Shown piece after piece: positions 1-11,695 of a DNA stretch of 64,000 nt. This DNA is from Diplonema japonicum (lineage: Eukaryota > Protista > Euglenozoa: Diplonemea): NCBI GenBank assembly GCA_964019335.1, contig OZ025658.1:558001-622000 (forward strand), in the 5' to 3' direction. Numbering within the stretch: position 1 is the first letter of the stretch; every line of letters starts with the position of its first letter. The position numbers and the translations under genes are program-made. The notes below the pieces were generated by a model. The model had not been told where the DNA came from. It made no database searches and was given only the letters and a program-made list of their open reading frames with translations.

Positions 1-8
1 GGGGCACC

Positions 9-779
9 ATGCCCGACAAGATTTTAGTGAAGTCGCACGTCGTCGAGGCCAGCGGGTTGTACGTGAAGCAAACCGGGCAGAGCAACGCCACCCCGTACAA
101 ACGAGGCGTTGAAAAAACATTTTGGCAGTCTGTTAAAAACGAGTTCGTCCTCGCGCAAACACTGGGAAAACGGTGGGCCGTCGGACGCCCTGGGGAAGAC
201 CCAATCCACTGCACGCAAGAAAACGCTTTCGGACCACCCGTCCTCTACGCATGGCACAGCGGTGTGGAAGAAGAATGGGTACCTGACACAGGTGTTCAGG
301 TGAGAGCCGTGTGTTCCGACAAAAAACCCGCCAGAAAACACAAAAAACCCGAAATAATGATGCCGCCTGTGGTACCTATTGTAAGAGAAGGCTGGGCACT
401 GCCTTTCTCAGTTGGCGACAAGGTGTCCTGCTTGAAGCAGATTCAGTTCTCATCAGGCGGCTCGGTCATCCCAGGCGATCTGGGCGAGGTTACCGCTGTA
501 CCAGGATTTTGCTCGGACTCTCCTTGCCAGGTGTTCATCAATGGTTACACTTTTTCTGCGCTGGATGGAGATGTGGCAGCGGTCCCTGTTCCAGAGGTTG
601 TGCGGCAGAAGCCCCCAGTGACTGTGCGGGCACCATCAGTACACAGGAAGGTTCTTACCACGATACCTGTTGTCCAACCTAACCCGGTCGCTGCGATGAG
701 AACAACCAAAAAAAAAAAACTCACTGCGGGGCAGCTTGAAATTGAACGGGCTAGACACGCAAACACTAGAAGACGTTAG
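9..779 (+). CDS. Hypothetical protein (may be 5'-incomplete or have an upstream exon)
   Basis: 256-aa ORF with coding-like composition, ending just before a poly(T)/poly(A) spacer; no motif recognised. Confidence 0.6.
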   Translation: MPDKILVKSHVVEASGLYVKQTGQSNATPYKRGVEKTFWQSVKNEFVLAQTLGKRWAVGRPGEDPIHCTQENAFGPPVLYAWHSGVEEEWVPDTGVQVRAVCSDKKPARKHKKPEIMMPPVVPIVREGWALPFSVGDKVSCLKQIQFSSGGSVIPGDLGEVTAVPGFCSDSPCQVFINGYTFSALDGDVAAVPVPEVVRQKPPVTVRAPSVHRKVLTTIPVVQPNPVAAMRTTKKKKLTAGQLEIERARHANTRRR

Positions 780-957
780 ATGGGGATCTTTTTTTCTCTT
801 TTTTATTTTAGGAAAAAAAAAAAAATTAGCTAACTAGATGATAGAAAAAAATATATTTTTACCTTTCCCCCCCCCTTTTTTTTTGTTGCTCCCTCTTCTA
901 TATTTCCCTCTTAGGCTGGTGAACAGAGAGAAAGAGGAAGGGAAAAAAAAATTAAAA

Positions 958-1324
958 ATGTCGAGCCATAGCATATCATTGTCACCGGCAAGTTTTGGGA
1001 AGATGTACCTGCATTGTTTCAAGTACGCGTCGAGGGCTGTTAGCGGGCTTCTGGTTGGGAAGTCAGTGGGGGGGGTGGTGTACGTAGCTGATGTGCTTCC
1101 ACTGTTCCACACCTACACCCAGCTTTGCCCGATGGTGGAGGTGGGGATTGCACACGCGCAGGAATGGGCCAAGGACAACGGAATGCGGGTGGTATGTGAG
1201 AAAAAAAAAAAGAAAAAAAAAGGAAAAAAAAAAAGGTTGGTTACTATGCCGCGTCTGCTGGTCTCGATGACCGGCCAGCGCCAACCAAATTCACTGAAAA
1301 TGTTATGAAGAGGTACTTATAATG

Positions 1325-1361
<37 letters not shown>

Positions 1362-1759
1362 GCCGCAGTATCTCATCTGAAGGAGAAAGTATTGTGATCC
1401 AAGTTTTAAACGATAAGATACGGGCTGACATATCCGAGATCCCCTACAAGGTATGAGGGAGGAGATGGGAAATTTCAATTTTTTTTTTTTTTTTTTTAAT
1501 ACAGTTCTTCAGCGCCTCGGATTTGAAAACTGGGAGAACAGCAGAGTCAGGAATCTGCAAAATCCAATATCTTGCAGATGGAGCGCTCTGCAACCTTGGG
1601 GACAGCATGGCTCCTTTCGAGCGCCTTCGTCTAGCAGTCAAAGAGGACCAGACCAAACTGCTCGTCGACTTCGAAGAACACTTGGAAGACGTGAACTTAG
1701 ACTTCACTGGATCAGCTCTTACAAAATTTTTGACCGAGAATGTCGCACCTCTCGAGTAG
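958..1759 (+). CDS. EMC8/9: ER membrane protein complex subunit 8/9 (UPF0172, MPN-like); 4 exons: 958-1191, 1236-1312, 1369-1450, 1505-1759
   Basis: Motifs K(M)YLHCFKY..AVSGLLVG, DVLPLFH, VGYY and LVDFEEHLED; removing GT-AG introns 1192-1235, 1313-1368 and 1451-1504 gives one open frame. Confidence 0.85.
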
Positions 1760-1994
1760 GGGAGAAAACACCACGCATTTTTTTTTTTTTTTTTTTTTTC
1801 CGAGAAATCTTTTTTTTCCCCAGTGTTTTTAAAGTATTTTTCTTCTTCTTTTTTTTTTTTTTTTTTTACCAACACACTCCCCATCCCATCTACGCCTTCC
1901 CCCCCCCCCCCCCCCCGTGTTATTATTTTCTCTTTTTTTTTTTGCAGTTAACAAAAAAAAAGAGAAAAAAAAGGCCAAAAAAAATAATAGAGTA

Positions 1995-3566
1995 ATGTCG
2001 ACCGCCAAGTTCGACCAATCGTCGAATCTTCTTCTCGACGAGAAGATGGCCAACCGTTTCAAAGAAATCACAGAGGGGAAGGTCGCATGGGACGACGAGG
2101 GCGACCACAGCATCACGGCCGACGCCATGAGGCTCGTCATGCGCGAAAGGTACCTCGACATCGAAAGCCTGAGCGAGGAGGGCCTCAAAAGGTTCTGGTC
2201 CTGCCACAGAGGCCTAACCCGCCACTGTTTCTCCGGCATCGGTGGGTTCTCTATTAGATTCACCGCACAGTACAACCTCTTCTCCGGAACAATCTGCGCA
2301 TTAGGGACACCTGACCAAATCGAATGGCTCAAAGCCTCCCACGACAAGGGCGAACTCGGCTGTTTCATGCTAACTGAACAAGGCGCGGGTGTTCTATCAG
2401 GCCTTGTTGTAGAGGCCACTGCGACATACGATAAATCAAGAAAAGGCTTCACGTTAAACACGGCAACGGACGATTCTAAAAAAGTTTGGATCTCGCAAGG
2501 TCTTGTCGCGGACCATGGTATCTTCATGGCAAACCTCCTAATCGACGGTAAGAACCACGGCCCGCACGGGTTCCTCGTGGATATGAAAACACCCGGCATC
2601 ACGCTCACAAACATGGCGAAAAAAACCGCGTTCAACACTCTAGACAACGCTGAAGCTGTGTTTTCCGATGTGTTCCTCCCTCAAAGCCAACTCCTCCGCA
2701 AGCACGCTTGGATCGACGAATCCGGTGGGTACAGGTATCACGGAGAAAAACCGCCTACATTCATCAAAATCGGGCAGAGGCTTCTCTCCGGCCGCCTGTG
2801 CATCGCAGACGCAGCGGTGGAATACTTCCTGCAATGTTTCGAAAAAACCAAGAAATACACGGAATCACGATTGATCAACACTGGAGGCGACCAAAAGGTT
2901 CCCATTGCAAAGCTGAAGTATGTTGAGCAGGCTTTTGAATCACTCGGTTCTGTTGCACGTGTTAACTCGCTGTGCCTGCAGCTTCTCGAACACGATTTTG
3001 CAAAGGTAGTAGTTGAGGGATCAGGTGATTTCGACAGAAACCTGCAAATTGCCATAAACGCCATCAAGGTCGAAGGTGTTGACCATTCCACTATCGCGTT
3101 GTCCAAGCTCCGTTGTAAGGTGGGATCGTATGGTCTTTACGATTCGTCGCCTTTTGGATCCACTAATGATATCCTGTACTGCATGAGGTTTGCTGAGGGG
3201 GACGCGCATGTGTTGCAGCAGACCATCACTCGTGAGACGATCAAGCCGTACATGACGCCGGTGGGTTTTTTGAAGCTTGTTCTTTTCGTTGCTTTTGGGA
3301 TGATGTTGTCGCCTGTTCTGAGCCCTGCTCTTCGTCTCCGTCACCATCTGAACCGTCATGTCCTGTCGTTGCTTGTCTTCCTGAAGATCAACACCCCTGC
3401 GCATGGCAAGCTCGGTGCATGGTACCGTGCTGGTGACCTTGTGTACAAGGTGGCGAAGGTCGCGTCGCTTCGTATTATTTACAACACCGTGACCTCCCGA
3501 ACTGCGAAATCTCGCGACACGGATGTGTACCTCAGGGAGGCGTTGAAGGAATGTGCAGCTCTGTAA
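1995..3566 (+). CDS. Acyl-CoA oxidase/dehydrogenase family flavoprotein
   Basis: GCFMLTE-GAG, KVWISQG, GPHGFLV, DNAEAVF, GQRLLSGR and FAEGD motifs; ATG follows an A-rich leader. Confidence 0.8.
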   Translation: MSTAKFDQSSNLLLDEKMANRFKEITEGKVAWDDEGDHSITADAMRLVMRERYLDIESLSEEGLKRFWSCHRGLTRHCFSGIGGFSIRFTAQYNLFSGTICALGTPDQIEWLKASHDKGELGCFMLTEQGAGVLSGLVVEATATYDKSRKGFTLNTATDDSKKVWISQGLVADHGIFMANLLIDGKNHGPHGFLVDMKTPGITLTNMAKKTAFNTLDNAEAVFSDVFLPQSQLLRKHAWIDESGGYRYHGEKPPTFIKIGQRLLSGRLCIADAAVEYFLQCFEKTKKYTESRLINTGGDQKVPIAKLKYVEQAFESLGSVARVNSLCLQLLEHDFAKVVVEGSGDFDRNLQIAINAIKVEGVDHSTIALSKLRCKVGSYGLYDSSPFGSTNDILYCMRFAEGDAHVLQQTITRETIKPYMTPVGFLKLVLFVAFGMMLSPVLSPALRLRHHLNRHVLSLLVFLKINTPAHGKLGAWYRAGDLVYKVAKVASLRIIYNTVTSRTAKSRDTDVYLREALKECAAL

Positions 3567-3643
3567 AAAAAAAAAAAAAAAAGAAAAAAAGTTGTGTTGT
3601 GGTAACTTGGAACGTGGAGTGGGTCAATTTTTTTTAAAAGAAC

Positions 3644-3699
<56 letters not shown>

Positions 3700-3828
3700 C
3701 CCGAAAGAAAAACCATATATTGAATGAATTAATAATAATGAAATGCTAAAAAGAGTAGTGGTATAGCACTTGTTGGGCTTATCCTTCTACAGGTTAATCC
3801 CGGCTGTGCATAAGCAACAATCAACCGA

Positions 3829-3859
<31 letters not shown>

Positions 3860-4566
3860 CATCGCTGCTATCCTGCAAATAGGGGCGGACCTGCCTCAAT
3901 TTTGGGTTATATTTTTTCTTTGTTCCCCTTCTTATTTTTAGCGTGGGGGAGTGTTGATAACACTTAGTTTACCCCATCATATTTTTCTTTTCCCTGCAGT
4001 TAAGTAGACAGTGCTTGTTGCAGGGCGCCACCAATGCTGGCCTCCTTTTTGTTCCGCTCTTTTAACTATTGTCTTTGCTAAAAAGAATAGTGGCAACTTG
4101 TTGGTTAACCCTCGCAGTCAACTGGCTTGTACAAACAATTTTTTTTTGATCAAAAAGGTTTTTCTTTCTAAAGTAGTTAAGTGAAGGAAAGTGGGGGGGG
4201 GGGAAAATCAAGTTTTATATTTTGTTTTTTTTTTTTCTTTGCCTCCCTTTTCTTCCCACTCCTTGTCCCTTTTTTTTATTTTATACCCTCTTCTTTCCCT
4301 CTTATCATGTGCCACGTGTACTGAGCCTTGCCATGAAAAAAAAAAAAAAATGTACCATTTGCACAAAAAATGAAGGGATGATCAAGAAAAAGAAGAGACT
4401 AAAAAAAAGAAAGGGGGGGGGAGAGGTGAATGGGGGAAAAGAAAAAAAGAAGGGAAAAAAAAAAAGAAACATGTTCCCCCTTTTTCTTAAGAATAATTTC
4501 TTTTTTTTTCCCGTGTTCTCAAAAAAAAAAAAAAAAAAAAAAGCGGGTGTGAAAAAAAAAAAAAAG

Positions 4567-5583
4567 ATGAAGATTATCGAATTTTACTCGGGGATAGGAG
4601 GGGCTCGGTTAGGGGTTGAGAAGTGGGCAGCTCAATCCGGAAAAAAACCGCAAGACGTTCAAATCGTCGCGGCATATGACATGAACGAGACGGCTAACAA
4701 GGTGTACTTAAAAAACTTCGGCGAGAAGGTAAGAGCGCAAAGCATCGAACACATAAAAATCGAGGAGATTGAAAAACTCAGCGCGGATGGATGGTTAATG
4801 AGCCCGCCGTGCCAACCCTTCACTCCGAATGGGGGCAGAAACGGGGGGAAAGCCGACACCGACCGACGAACCGACTCATTTGTGAAACTCACAACCCTTT
4901 TCAAAAAAATGGACCCGTCCACCCGCCCATCTTGGCTCATTGTTGAAAACGTCAAAGGATTTCAAGAATCAGACACCCTGAAAAACCTCAAACTGGCTCT
5001 TGACACCCTCGACTACACAACCAAAGAATTAGTCACTACACCAAAAAATTTCGGTGTACCTTACAACCGTTCTCGGTACTATTTACTTGCCTCGAAAAAA
5101 CAAATTCAAGACGAACCCTTGCCTGCTGAAAGCCAGCCGACCTTAGCGGGGTATTTACTCGAAAGGGGGTGCAAAGTAACCTCCTTCACAGACCGATTAA
5201 AAATACCGGAGGAATTATTCTCCCGCCACTCAGGGTACCGCTTTGCAGTGGTCACCCCAGGCTGCCGCGAAACACCCTGCTTTACCAAGGGGTACGGTAA
5301 GAACCATCGTGGGGCGGGTGGTATCCTTTGCATTAACGAAACGCCGACAAAGAAAAGCAAGATCGAGGACCCCACCCCGCAGCACATCCCGGGTGAAGAC
5401 CTGCTTCCCTCGGAGGGAAGAATCTACAGATACTTCTCGCCGGAAGAGGTCCTGGCCCTGCACGGCTTCCCCACCACGTTCGCCTTCCCCGAGACCTACA
5501 CAAACATCATGAAGTGGAAGCTCATTGGAAACAGCCTGTCTTGCGACGTACATGCAGAACTCTGCAAAATGCTGTTTTCATAA
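4567..5583 (+). CDS. DNMT2: tRNA(Asp) C38 cytosine-5 methyltransferase DNMT2/TRDMT1
   Basis: C5-MTase motifs EFYSGIGG, SPPCQPF, ENVKGF, RSRYY, LIGNS, plus the Dnmt2-diagnostic CFTKGY. Confidence 0.88.
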   Translation: MKIIEFYSGIGGARLGVEKWAAQSGKKPQDVQIVAAYDMNETANKVYLKNFGEKVRAQSIEHIKIEEIEKLSADGWLMSPPCQPFTPNGGRNGGKADTDRRTDSFVKLTTLFKKMDPSTRPSWLIVENVKGFQESDTLKNLKLALDTLDYTTKELVTTPKNFGVPYNRSRYYLLASKKQIQDEPLPAESQPTLAGYLLERGCKVTSFTDRLKIPEELFSRHSGYRFAVVTPGCRETPCFTKGYGKNHRGAGGILCINETPTKKSKIEDPTPQHIPGEDLLPSEGRIYRYFSPEEVLALHGFPTTFAFPETYTNIMKWKLIGNSLSCDVHAELCKMLFS

Positions 5584-5739
5584 TCGTTTTTTTTTTCTTT
5601 TTTCTTTTTTTTTTTTTCTCTTTCAACTTCACGTTTTTTTGATTCCTAAAAAAAAAAGGAGGGGGTGGGAGGCTGAGGGAGGGAGAGGAGGGGAGGAGAG
5701 GGTGGGGGCGGCGGCGGGAAAAAAAAAAGAAAGGAAAGA

Positions 5740-7540
5740 ATGGCTGAAATATGCACAGAATGCGGAGAGGTCCCTCGTGGGCCTGTCTGTTCACGCGGGC
5801 GAAATGCGTATCGCCCGCACAAGCTAGTCAGCACAGGATGGAGCGTAAAAAGCCCTCCTGGGGGATCGAGCCCTCCAGGCGCCACATCACCTAGAACAGG
5901 CAGATCCCCTGGAGGAAGCATGTACGCTAAGCACCCCTCAGCCGGTGGCGCAGGAAGCGGCTCGTCGCCTTCACGCTCAAGACGAAGCAGAAGCCGCGGG
6001 AAGGACAGAGACAGATCCCGCTCACGATCTCGATCTAGAAAAAGACGCTCATCGTCTAGAGGACGCCGAAGCTCAAGAAGCCCTTCAAGGCGATATTCAC
6101 TATCCCCACCTTCCGGGTCCGTTAAAAGCGGCGGCCCAACACCATTACCGGTATTACCGGTAGCCCACAACCCACAACCCCAAGTCCGCATCTGGTCGGG
6201 TGCTACAGTAGAACGAAACCCGGCGTATTGGGCAGCAGGTGATCAAGACGGCGGTCCAGGAAAACGGGGGACCGTGGTCGAGACAGGCGATGGGTGGGTC
6301 AAAGTTCGATGGGATGAAAACAGAAATCTTGAATCAACTCATCGATGGGGCGCGGAAGGAGCTTTTGACGTGTCTGTGGTTTCCCCTGTCCCTGTGTCAC
6401 CTATGAATCAAGTCGTGTCCCCCATGACGCAAGTCGTGCACCGCGAAGTGGTTCAAGAAGTACCGCCACCCATGACACGGAGCATGGAAGGCAGCCGGCA
6501 GGTTGTTCCTACCAACCTCCCCACCACCGACCCTGACATGAAGGTGTATTGCAGAGTCCATGTCGAGGCCATTCGAAACGTCAAGAAAATGCACTACAAA
6601 CTCCTTCCGGGGTCCAAGTTCAGCCAGCTCCTCGGCGAGCTTTTCACACAGCTTTCACTGAAACCCTCCGAATGGTGCTTGTGGTGGGATGGGAAGAACG
6701 GGAAGATCGCGCTCTCTTCTGAAGACTCACCCGGGTCTGTTGGCATGCTTGCAGGTCTGCAAAGCATACACCAATTGATTCTAAGCCCGAGGACAAACGA
6801 AGACGATTGGGTGGCGGTGGGGGGGCGGTCTTCATCACCAGCTACAACGACACAGCCGCCCGCGCCATTCCAGGTCCAACAGGGCGTCGTGGCTGAATTG
6901 TACATGAGGCCAGTGTCGCCACAGGAATCTGTGGGAGTCCCAGCCCCTCATGCACAACCCCCAGCACCGACTCCGGACAACAGACTATCGTTGCTGCAGG
7001 AAGAAAACAACGAACTGAGAGCACAGCTTCAGGTTCATTCACAGCAAACCGCAAACCACCGTAATTTGTTAGGCCCAGGAACAGGTAGTACCAACGGGCT
7101 TACAAACGGTTTCGCCCAACACCATCATCATCACCAGCAGCAGCAGCAACAGCAGCAACATATTATGCAGCATTCTCCGACAGGAAGCGAGGGGAAGATT
7201 ACATCTCCATCAAGAGGGCTTTCCCCTGCTAGGTGGGATGCTGGGTCTGCGGTGATGACGAATAGTTACTCGCAGGGAAGCCAGAACCAGGCTTTTTCCA
7301 GGTTGAAGGAGGTATTTATGTCGTATCTTTCTTATGGCTTGACGCTCCCTGTGACTGAGACCGAGAGGTTTATCCAGTTTGCGCTGTCTTCGGGGGTGCC
7401 GGCGCAGTGTGGGATACCTGACCAAACGATTAAAATTTTGGTGAATAACATGCTTGGTGCGTCGCAGAGGACGCCGCTTGCATTTGAAGAGTTCACGGAC
7501 GCGTTGAATCTCGTGGCCACGGTATGTGTTGGGAGATGGG

Positions 7541-7573
<33 letters not shown>

Positions 7574-7641
7574 TTAAGGTTATCTACCCCCGAGATGAGT
7601 ACCCCCTCACACGATTGCTTCCGGGTTTTAGAGTTTCGTAA
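5740..7641 (+). CDS. Multidomain protein: RS-rich region, MIB/HERC2 domain, His/Gln tract, possible p25-alpha-like C-terminus; intron 7522-7578
   Basis: W..GDQDGGPG..G.V......WV.V.WD.......RWG.EG.FD is a Mib-Herc2 signature; splicing GTATGT...AAG adds VIYPRDEYPLTRLLPGFRVS*. Confidence 0.7.
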
Positions 7642-8508
7642 AAAAAAAGAAAATGAAGAAAGAAAAAAAGGAGGGGAGAAAAAAGAAAATTGTATCACTC
7701 ACTCACTATGATAACGTTTCCACACCCACACCCCACCCCATCCTGCTCCCCCTCCCCCCCGTGTACATATGATTCCTCTATTTTTTTTTTCTTTGTTTAC
7801 TATGTGAGCGATTTTTCTTCTTTAGTTTTTTTTTCCCGCTTGTAATCTGTTTTTTTTTTTTTCTTTCCCGTTCCTGTGCGAGAAGGGGAAAAAAAAAGAA
7901 GAAGAAAAGATGGTCAGTCTTGTTTTTGAGTTGATTGTCATTAGGCGATCCTGTCACATGACTGCAGGTTCCCTTCAAGGACATCTTTTTTTTTGTTTTG
8001 TTTTTTGTTTCTCCCGCCCTCTACCCCGCTTTTTTCCCTTTGTATAAGAAAAAAAAATGGAGGGCATGCTGTTAATGTCTCGAGTGAGTAAACTGCAAAA
8101 AGAAGAAAAAAAAAAAAGGAAAAATAAATAAAAGATTTATCCGACATTCCTCTCCCCTCTTATTACCTATGGGACCATCCCCTTTTTTTTTTTGTTTCTT
8201 TTCTTTTTTTTTTCTTTTACTGTAAACCAACAAAAAAAAAATGTCATGATATCGTGCACTCATTTTCCAATCCCACCGCCAGTTAGAAAGGGGAGGGGAA
8301 AAAAAGAAGAAAACAAAATCTTTTTTTTTTTGTTGCCTCGCTTCGTGTTACCTCTTTTTTTTTTTTAATTTTTTTTCTTTCTTTAAAAATTTTCGGCTTA
8401 CAGTTATTTTGTATTCTTCCCCCCCCCCCAATTTTTTATTTTTCGCGAGAACCAGCAAATTTCACAAAAAAAAAAGGAGGGAAACCAAAAAAAAAAAGGA
8501 AAAAAAAT

Positions 8509-9327
8509 ATGTTCCTCCCCATCTTCACAACATTTGTACTTTTCTCCTTGCCGGACACTGACATCCTTTCAGAGGTGCACAGCACCGTTTTTGGGGAAGA
8601 AAAACTCTTTTGGATAAACCTAAAAAGGCGACCCGACCGCAGAAAGGCCATGGAAGCCCTGTTGGGTAACAAAGGCACCCGCATCGAGGGCGTAGACGGC
8701 CGGAGCATAAGCCAAAACCGCGGCACAGCCTCTGTAACAGGAGTACAATACAACGAGAAAGGAACAACCATAATTCACGATGGAAATGGGAATTTGAAGG
8801 AATTTCGAGACACACTCGGCCAGGGTGCTGTAGGGTGTGCGTTGTCTCACAGAAAGGCCTGGAGGGCCATCATTACAAGCGGGGCCCCACTTGCTGTAAT
8901 TTTAGAGGATGACTTGACATGGATGAACCCTGTGGTGGTTTCGCCTTTGCTTTTTTCGAAGCTTCGCTCTCTGGACACCCCTTGGGATGTAATATTTTTA
9001 TCGTACCATGGGTGTCACACAGCCAGCACCCCTTTGCCCATTACCCCTCTTACACAACCACTCCACCGTGCCAACAACACGTGGTACTCCGGGCTGTTTA
9101 CTTACGCCCTGCACGGTCCTTCTTCTGCGGCAAAACTGCTTCAGAACTGGCCGTTGACACACCAGATAGATAAACACCTTGCGTACCAGTGTCTTGGCGG
9201 TGATCTCGTCTGCTACAGGGTGCCTGTGGGGGACTGCCCTACAAACACCACGCTTTCCGAGGAAACCCTCGACTCTGACGTGCAAATTTTCGAACTGCAA
9301 AAAAAACCCCAACAAGAGGAACTGTGA
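8509..9327 (+). CDS. Glycosyltransferase family 25 protein
   Basis: INLKRRPDRR, GCALSH..AW, ILEDD motifs; hydrophobic N-terminus; C-terminal QEEL (KDEL-like). Confidence 0.8.
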   Translation: MFLPIFTTFVLFSLPDTDILSEVHSTVFGEEKLFWINLKRRPDRRKAMEALLGNKGTRIEGVDGRSISQNRGTASVTGVQYNEKGTTIIHDGNGNLKEFRDTLGQGAVGCALSHRKAWRAIITSGAPLAVILEDDLTWMNPVVVSPLLFSKLRSLDTPWDVIFLSYHGCHTASTPLPITPLTQPLHRANNTWYSGLFTYALHGPSSAAKLLQNWPLTHQIDKHLAYQCLGGDLVCYRVPVGDCPTNTTLSEETLDSDVQIFELQKKPQQEEL

Positions 9328-9431
9328 GAAATTTTTATTCTGTTATAATAATACAACATCCCCACCCTCTGGAAAAAAAAAAAAGAAAAAAAAAGAGGGA
9401 GAAAAAAAAAAAGGAAAAAAAAAAGGAAAAA

Positions 9432-11132
9432 ATGGCCGACGCATACCCGTTCTACTTGGGGGAATGGTCATGGAAGGGCATCACCGCAACCCCTGAAGCA
9501 CAGGTTTGGTTTGACAGGGGGCTAGCTTGGATGTATGGGTACAACCACGAGGAAGCGGTGTTCTGCTTCGAGAAGAGTGTTGAAGTGGACCCCGGGTGCG
9601 CAATGGCCTACTGGTGCAAGGCGTACTGCATGGGTCCCAACTACAACGCCCCATGGGATATCGTTTCAAACAGTGTGCTGGCCGAGGCGAGGGTGCAGAC
9701 CGACAAGGCAACGGCCGCAGCTGCCAAAGGCCACGCCTGGGAGAGAGAAGTTTGCGAGGCCCTCAGCCTCCGATACCCTGCTGACGAAAAACCCGAAGAC
9801 ACCCAAGCATGGGACATCGCCTTTGCAAACGCATTAAACACTGTGGCTGACAACCACCCTGACAACATCGACCTTCAGACTCTTGCTGCGGAGTCCTTCA
9901 TGACTGTCACACCTTGGAAGATGTGGGATCTTAAAACAGGTGAAATGTCGCCCGCTCCTTCAAGAACAAACGAGGCCATCACACGCTTGGAAACCGCCCA
10001 CAAGAAGTTCGTTGAGAACAACCACAAGAACCTCCCCGCACACCTGGGGATATGCCACTTTTACATCCATCTCATGGAGATGTCCCCCTTCCCCGAAAAA
10101 GCCTTGAATTTCTACGACTTTTTAAAAATGCGCGAGGTAGGCGGTGAGATCGGGCATCTTGTCCACATGGGGACGCACATAGGGATCCTCTGCGGTGATT
10201 ACAAAGCAGCAATTGAGGACAATGAGCTCGGCGCGAAATGGGACAAGGACTACGTGTTGTTTCGCTCCAAGAAAACATTCTTCATTCTGTACTACGTGCA
10301 CAACCTGCACTTTATGATGTACGGTGCGATGTTTGCTGGTGTGTACAAGAAGGCAATGCAGGCGGCTGAAGAAATATGGTGGTTAATGGAAGATGAAGTC
10401 CTTGAGTGGATGTCCCCATGGGGGCAGATGGCTATGCACGTCGAAGCCTTCAAAGCAACTAAGTACCACGTCATGGTACGTTTCGGGAAATGGGAGGAGA
10501 TCCTCTCGGAAACCATTCCTCTCAAACCCGAGCTAAACTGTGTCACGGTGGCTACGCTCCACTACGCCAGAGCCCTCGCCTACGCCTTGGGAAGAAACGA
10601 CGTGGATTCCGCTGAGAAGGAGCTTGAAAAATTCGAGGAACACTACAAAACAGTCCCCAAGGGGATGGGACGCTCCCTCCACAACAACACAGGCGAAGAT
10701 CTTCTCAACGTGGCCCGGGTCATGGCGAACGGCGAGGTTTCCTTCAGAAAGGGAAACCACGAGGAAGGCCTGAAGCTCCTTAGAAAAGCAGTTGAAATGG
10801 AAGATTCGCTCCCATATGACGAGCCATGGGGTATTATGCAGCCTACTCGCCATGCTCTTGGAGCACTTCTTCTTGAAGCTGGCCAGCCGGATGAGGCCTT
10901 GCAGGTGTACAAGCAGGATCTTGGAATGGTTCGCGACATGGCTCGGTCGTCGATCCACCCTGACAACTTGTGGGCTATGCTTGGTGTGGTGGACTGCTCG
11001 GCGCAGTTGAAGATAGATGTAGACCCTGCGTTTAAGGCAAGGCTTGATGCCTTGCTTGTCAGAACGGATACTCCTATTAAAGCCTCGTGTTTCTGCAGGC
11101 TGTCGAAGATGGGGTGTTCTTCGTGCGCGTGA
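9432..11132 (+). CDS. TPR-repeat protein of the bacterial/fungal conserved-His type
   Basis: AQ.WFDRGL...YGYNHEEA, H.YIHLMEMS, HLVHM..HI, YDEPW..MQP.RHALGALL and C-terminal SCFCR. Confidence 0.75.
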   Translation: MADAYPFYLGEWSWKGITATPEAQVWFDRGLAWMYGYNHEEAVFCFEKSVEVDPGCAMAYWCKAYCMGPNYNAPWDIVSNSVLAEARVQTDKATAAAAKGHAWEREVCEALSLRYPADEKPEDTQAWDIAFANALNTVADNHPDNIDLQTLAAESFMTVTPWKMWDLKTGEMSPAPSRTNEAITRLETAHKKFVENNHKNLPAHLGICHFYIHLMEMSPFPEKALNFYDFLKMREVGGEIGHLVHMGTHIGILCGDYKAAIEDNELGAKWDKDYVLFRSKKTFFILYYVHNLHFMMYGAMFAGVYKKAMQAAEEIWWLMEDEVLEWMSPWGQMAMHVEAFKATKYHVMVRFGKWEEILSETIPLKPELNCVTVATLHYARALAYALGRNDVDSAEKELEKFEEHYKTVPKGMGRSLHNNTGEDLLNVARVMANGEVSFRKGNHEEGLKLLRKAVEMEDSLPYDEPWGIMQPTRHALGALLLEAGQPDEALQVYKQDLGMVRDMARSSIHPDNLWAMLGVVDCSAQLKIDVDPAFKARLDALLVRTDTPIKASCFCRLSKMGCSSCA

Positions 11133-11136
11133 GGTT

Positions 11137-11175
<39 letters not shown>

Positions 11176-11615
11176 CCTTTCTCCCTTTTTTTTTTCCCCC
11201 CTCTTTTTTCTTTTTCTTTTTTTTCCTTTCTCTCTTTGCCCTTCTGAAAGAAAGAAAAAATTTACGCTCCATATTCGCTAAGTGACCCGCCCTATGTCCC
11301 AAAGGGGTTATAGGGGGCTATAGGGGAAAAAATGTCAAAAATGCCCAAAGGTTCATTGAATTTTTTTTTTCAAAAAATCCATATGTCGAACATGAAAGAA
11401 CGGTGAGTTCCGAGGAAGTTCCAAAAAAAATTTTCCAAAAAAAAAATATTGGGGGCCAACCAAAACGACCTTGGAAGTCGCCATTTTGAGTTTTGGCCAT
11501 TTTTGCCAAACTTTTGCAACTGGGCACTTTTCCCTTTGAAAAACATGGTCAACAGGGTTCGATCCCAGAAGCCGGCATCTTCCTGACCAGTAGTTCAGCC
11601 GAAAATATTTTCGAA

Positions 11616-11695
11616 GGCATAGTAGTCTAGTTGGGGGGGCTTTGCCCTGTACCTAGGCGAAGCGGGTTCAAACCCCACTCCGGCGGATTTTTTTT
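11616..11695 (+). ncRNA. Degenerate tRNA-like Pol III cassette inside the TIR element (left arm)
   Basis: A-box-like TAGTCTAGTTGG (11623-11634), B-box/T-loop GGTTCAAACC (11665-11674), T8 run; the acceptor stem does not pair, so not a functional tRNA. Confidence 0.5.
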
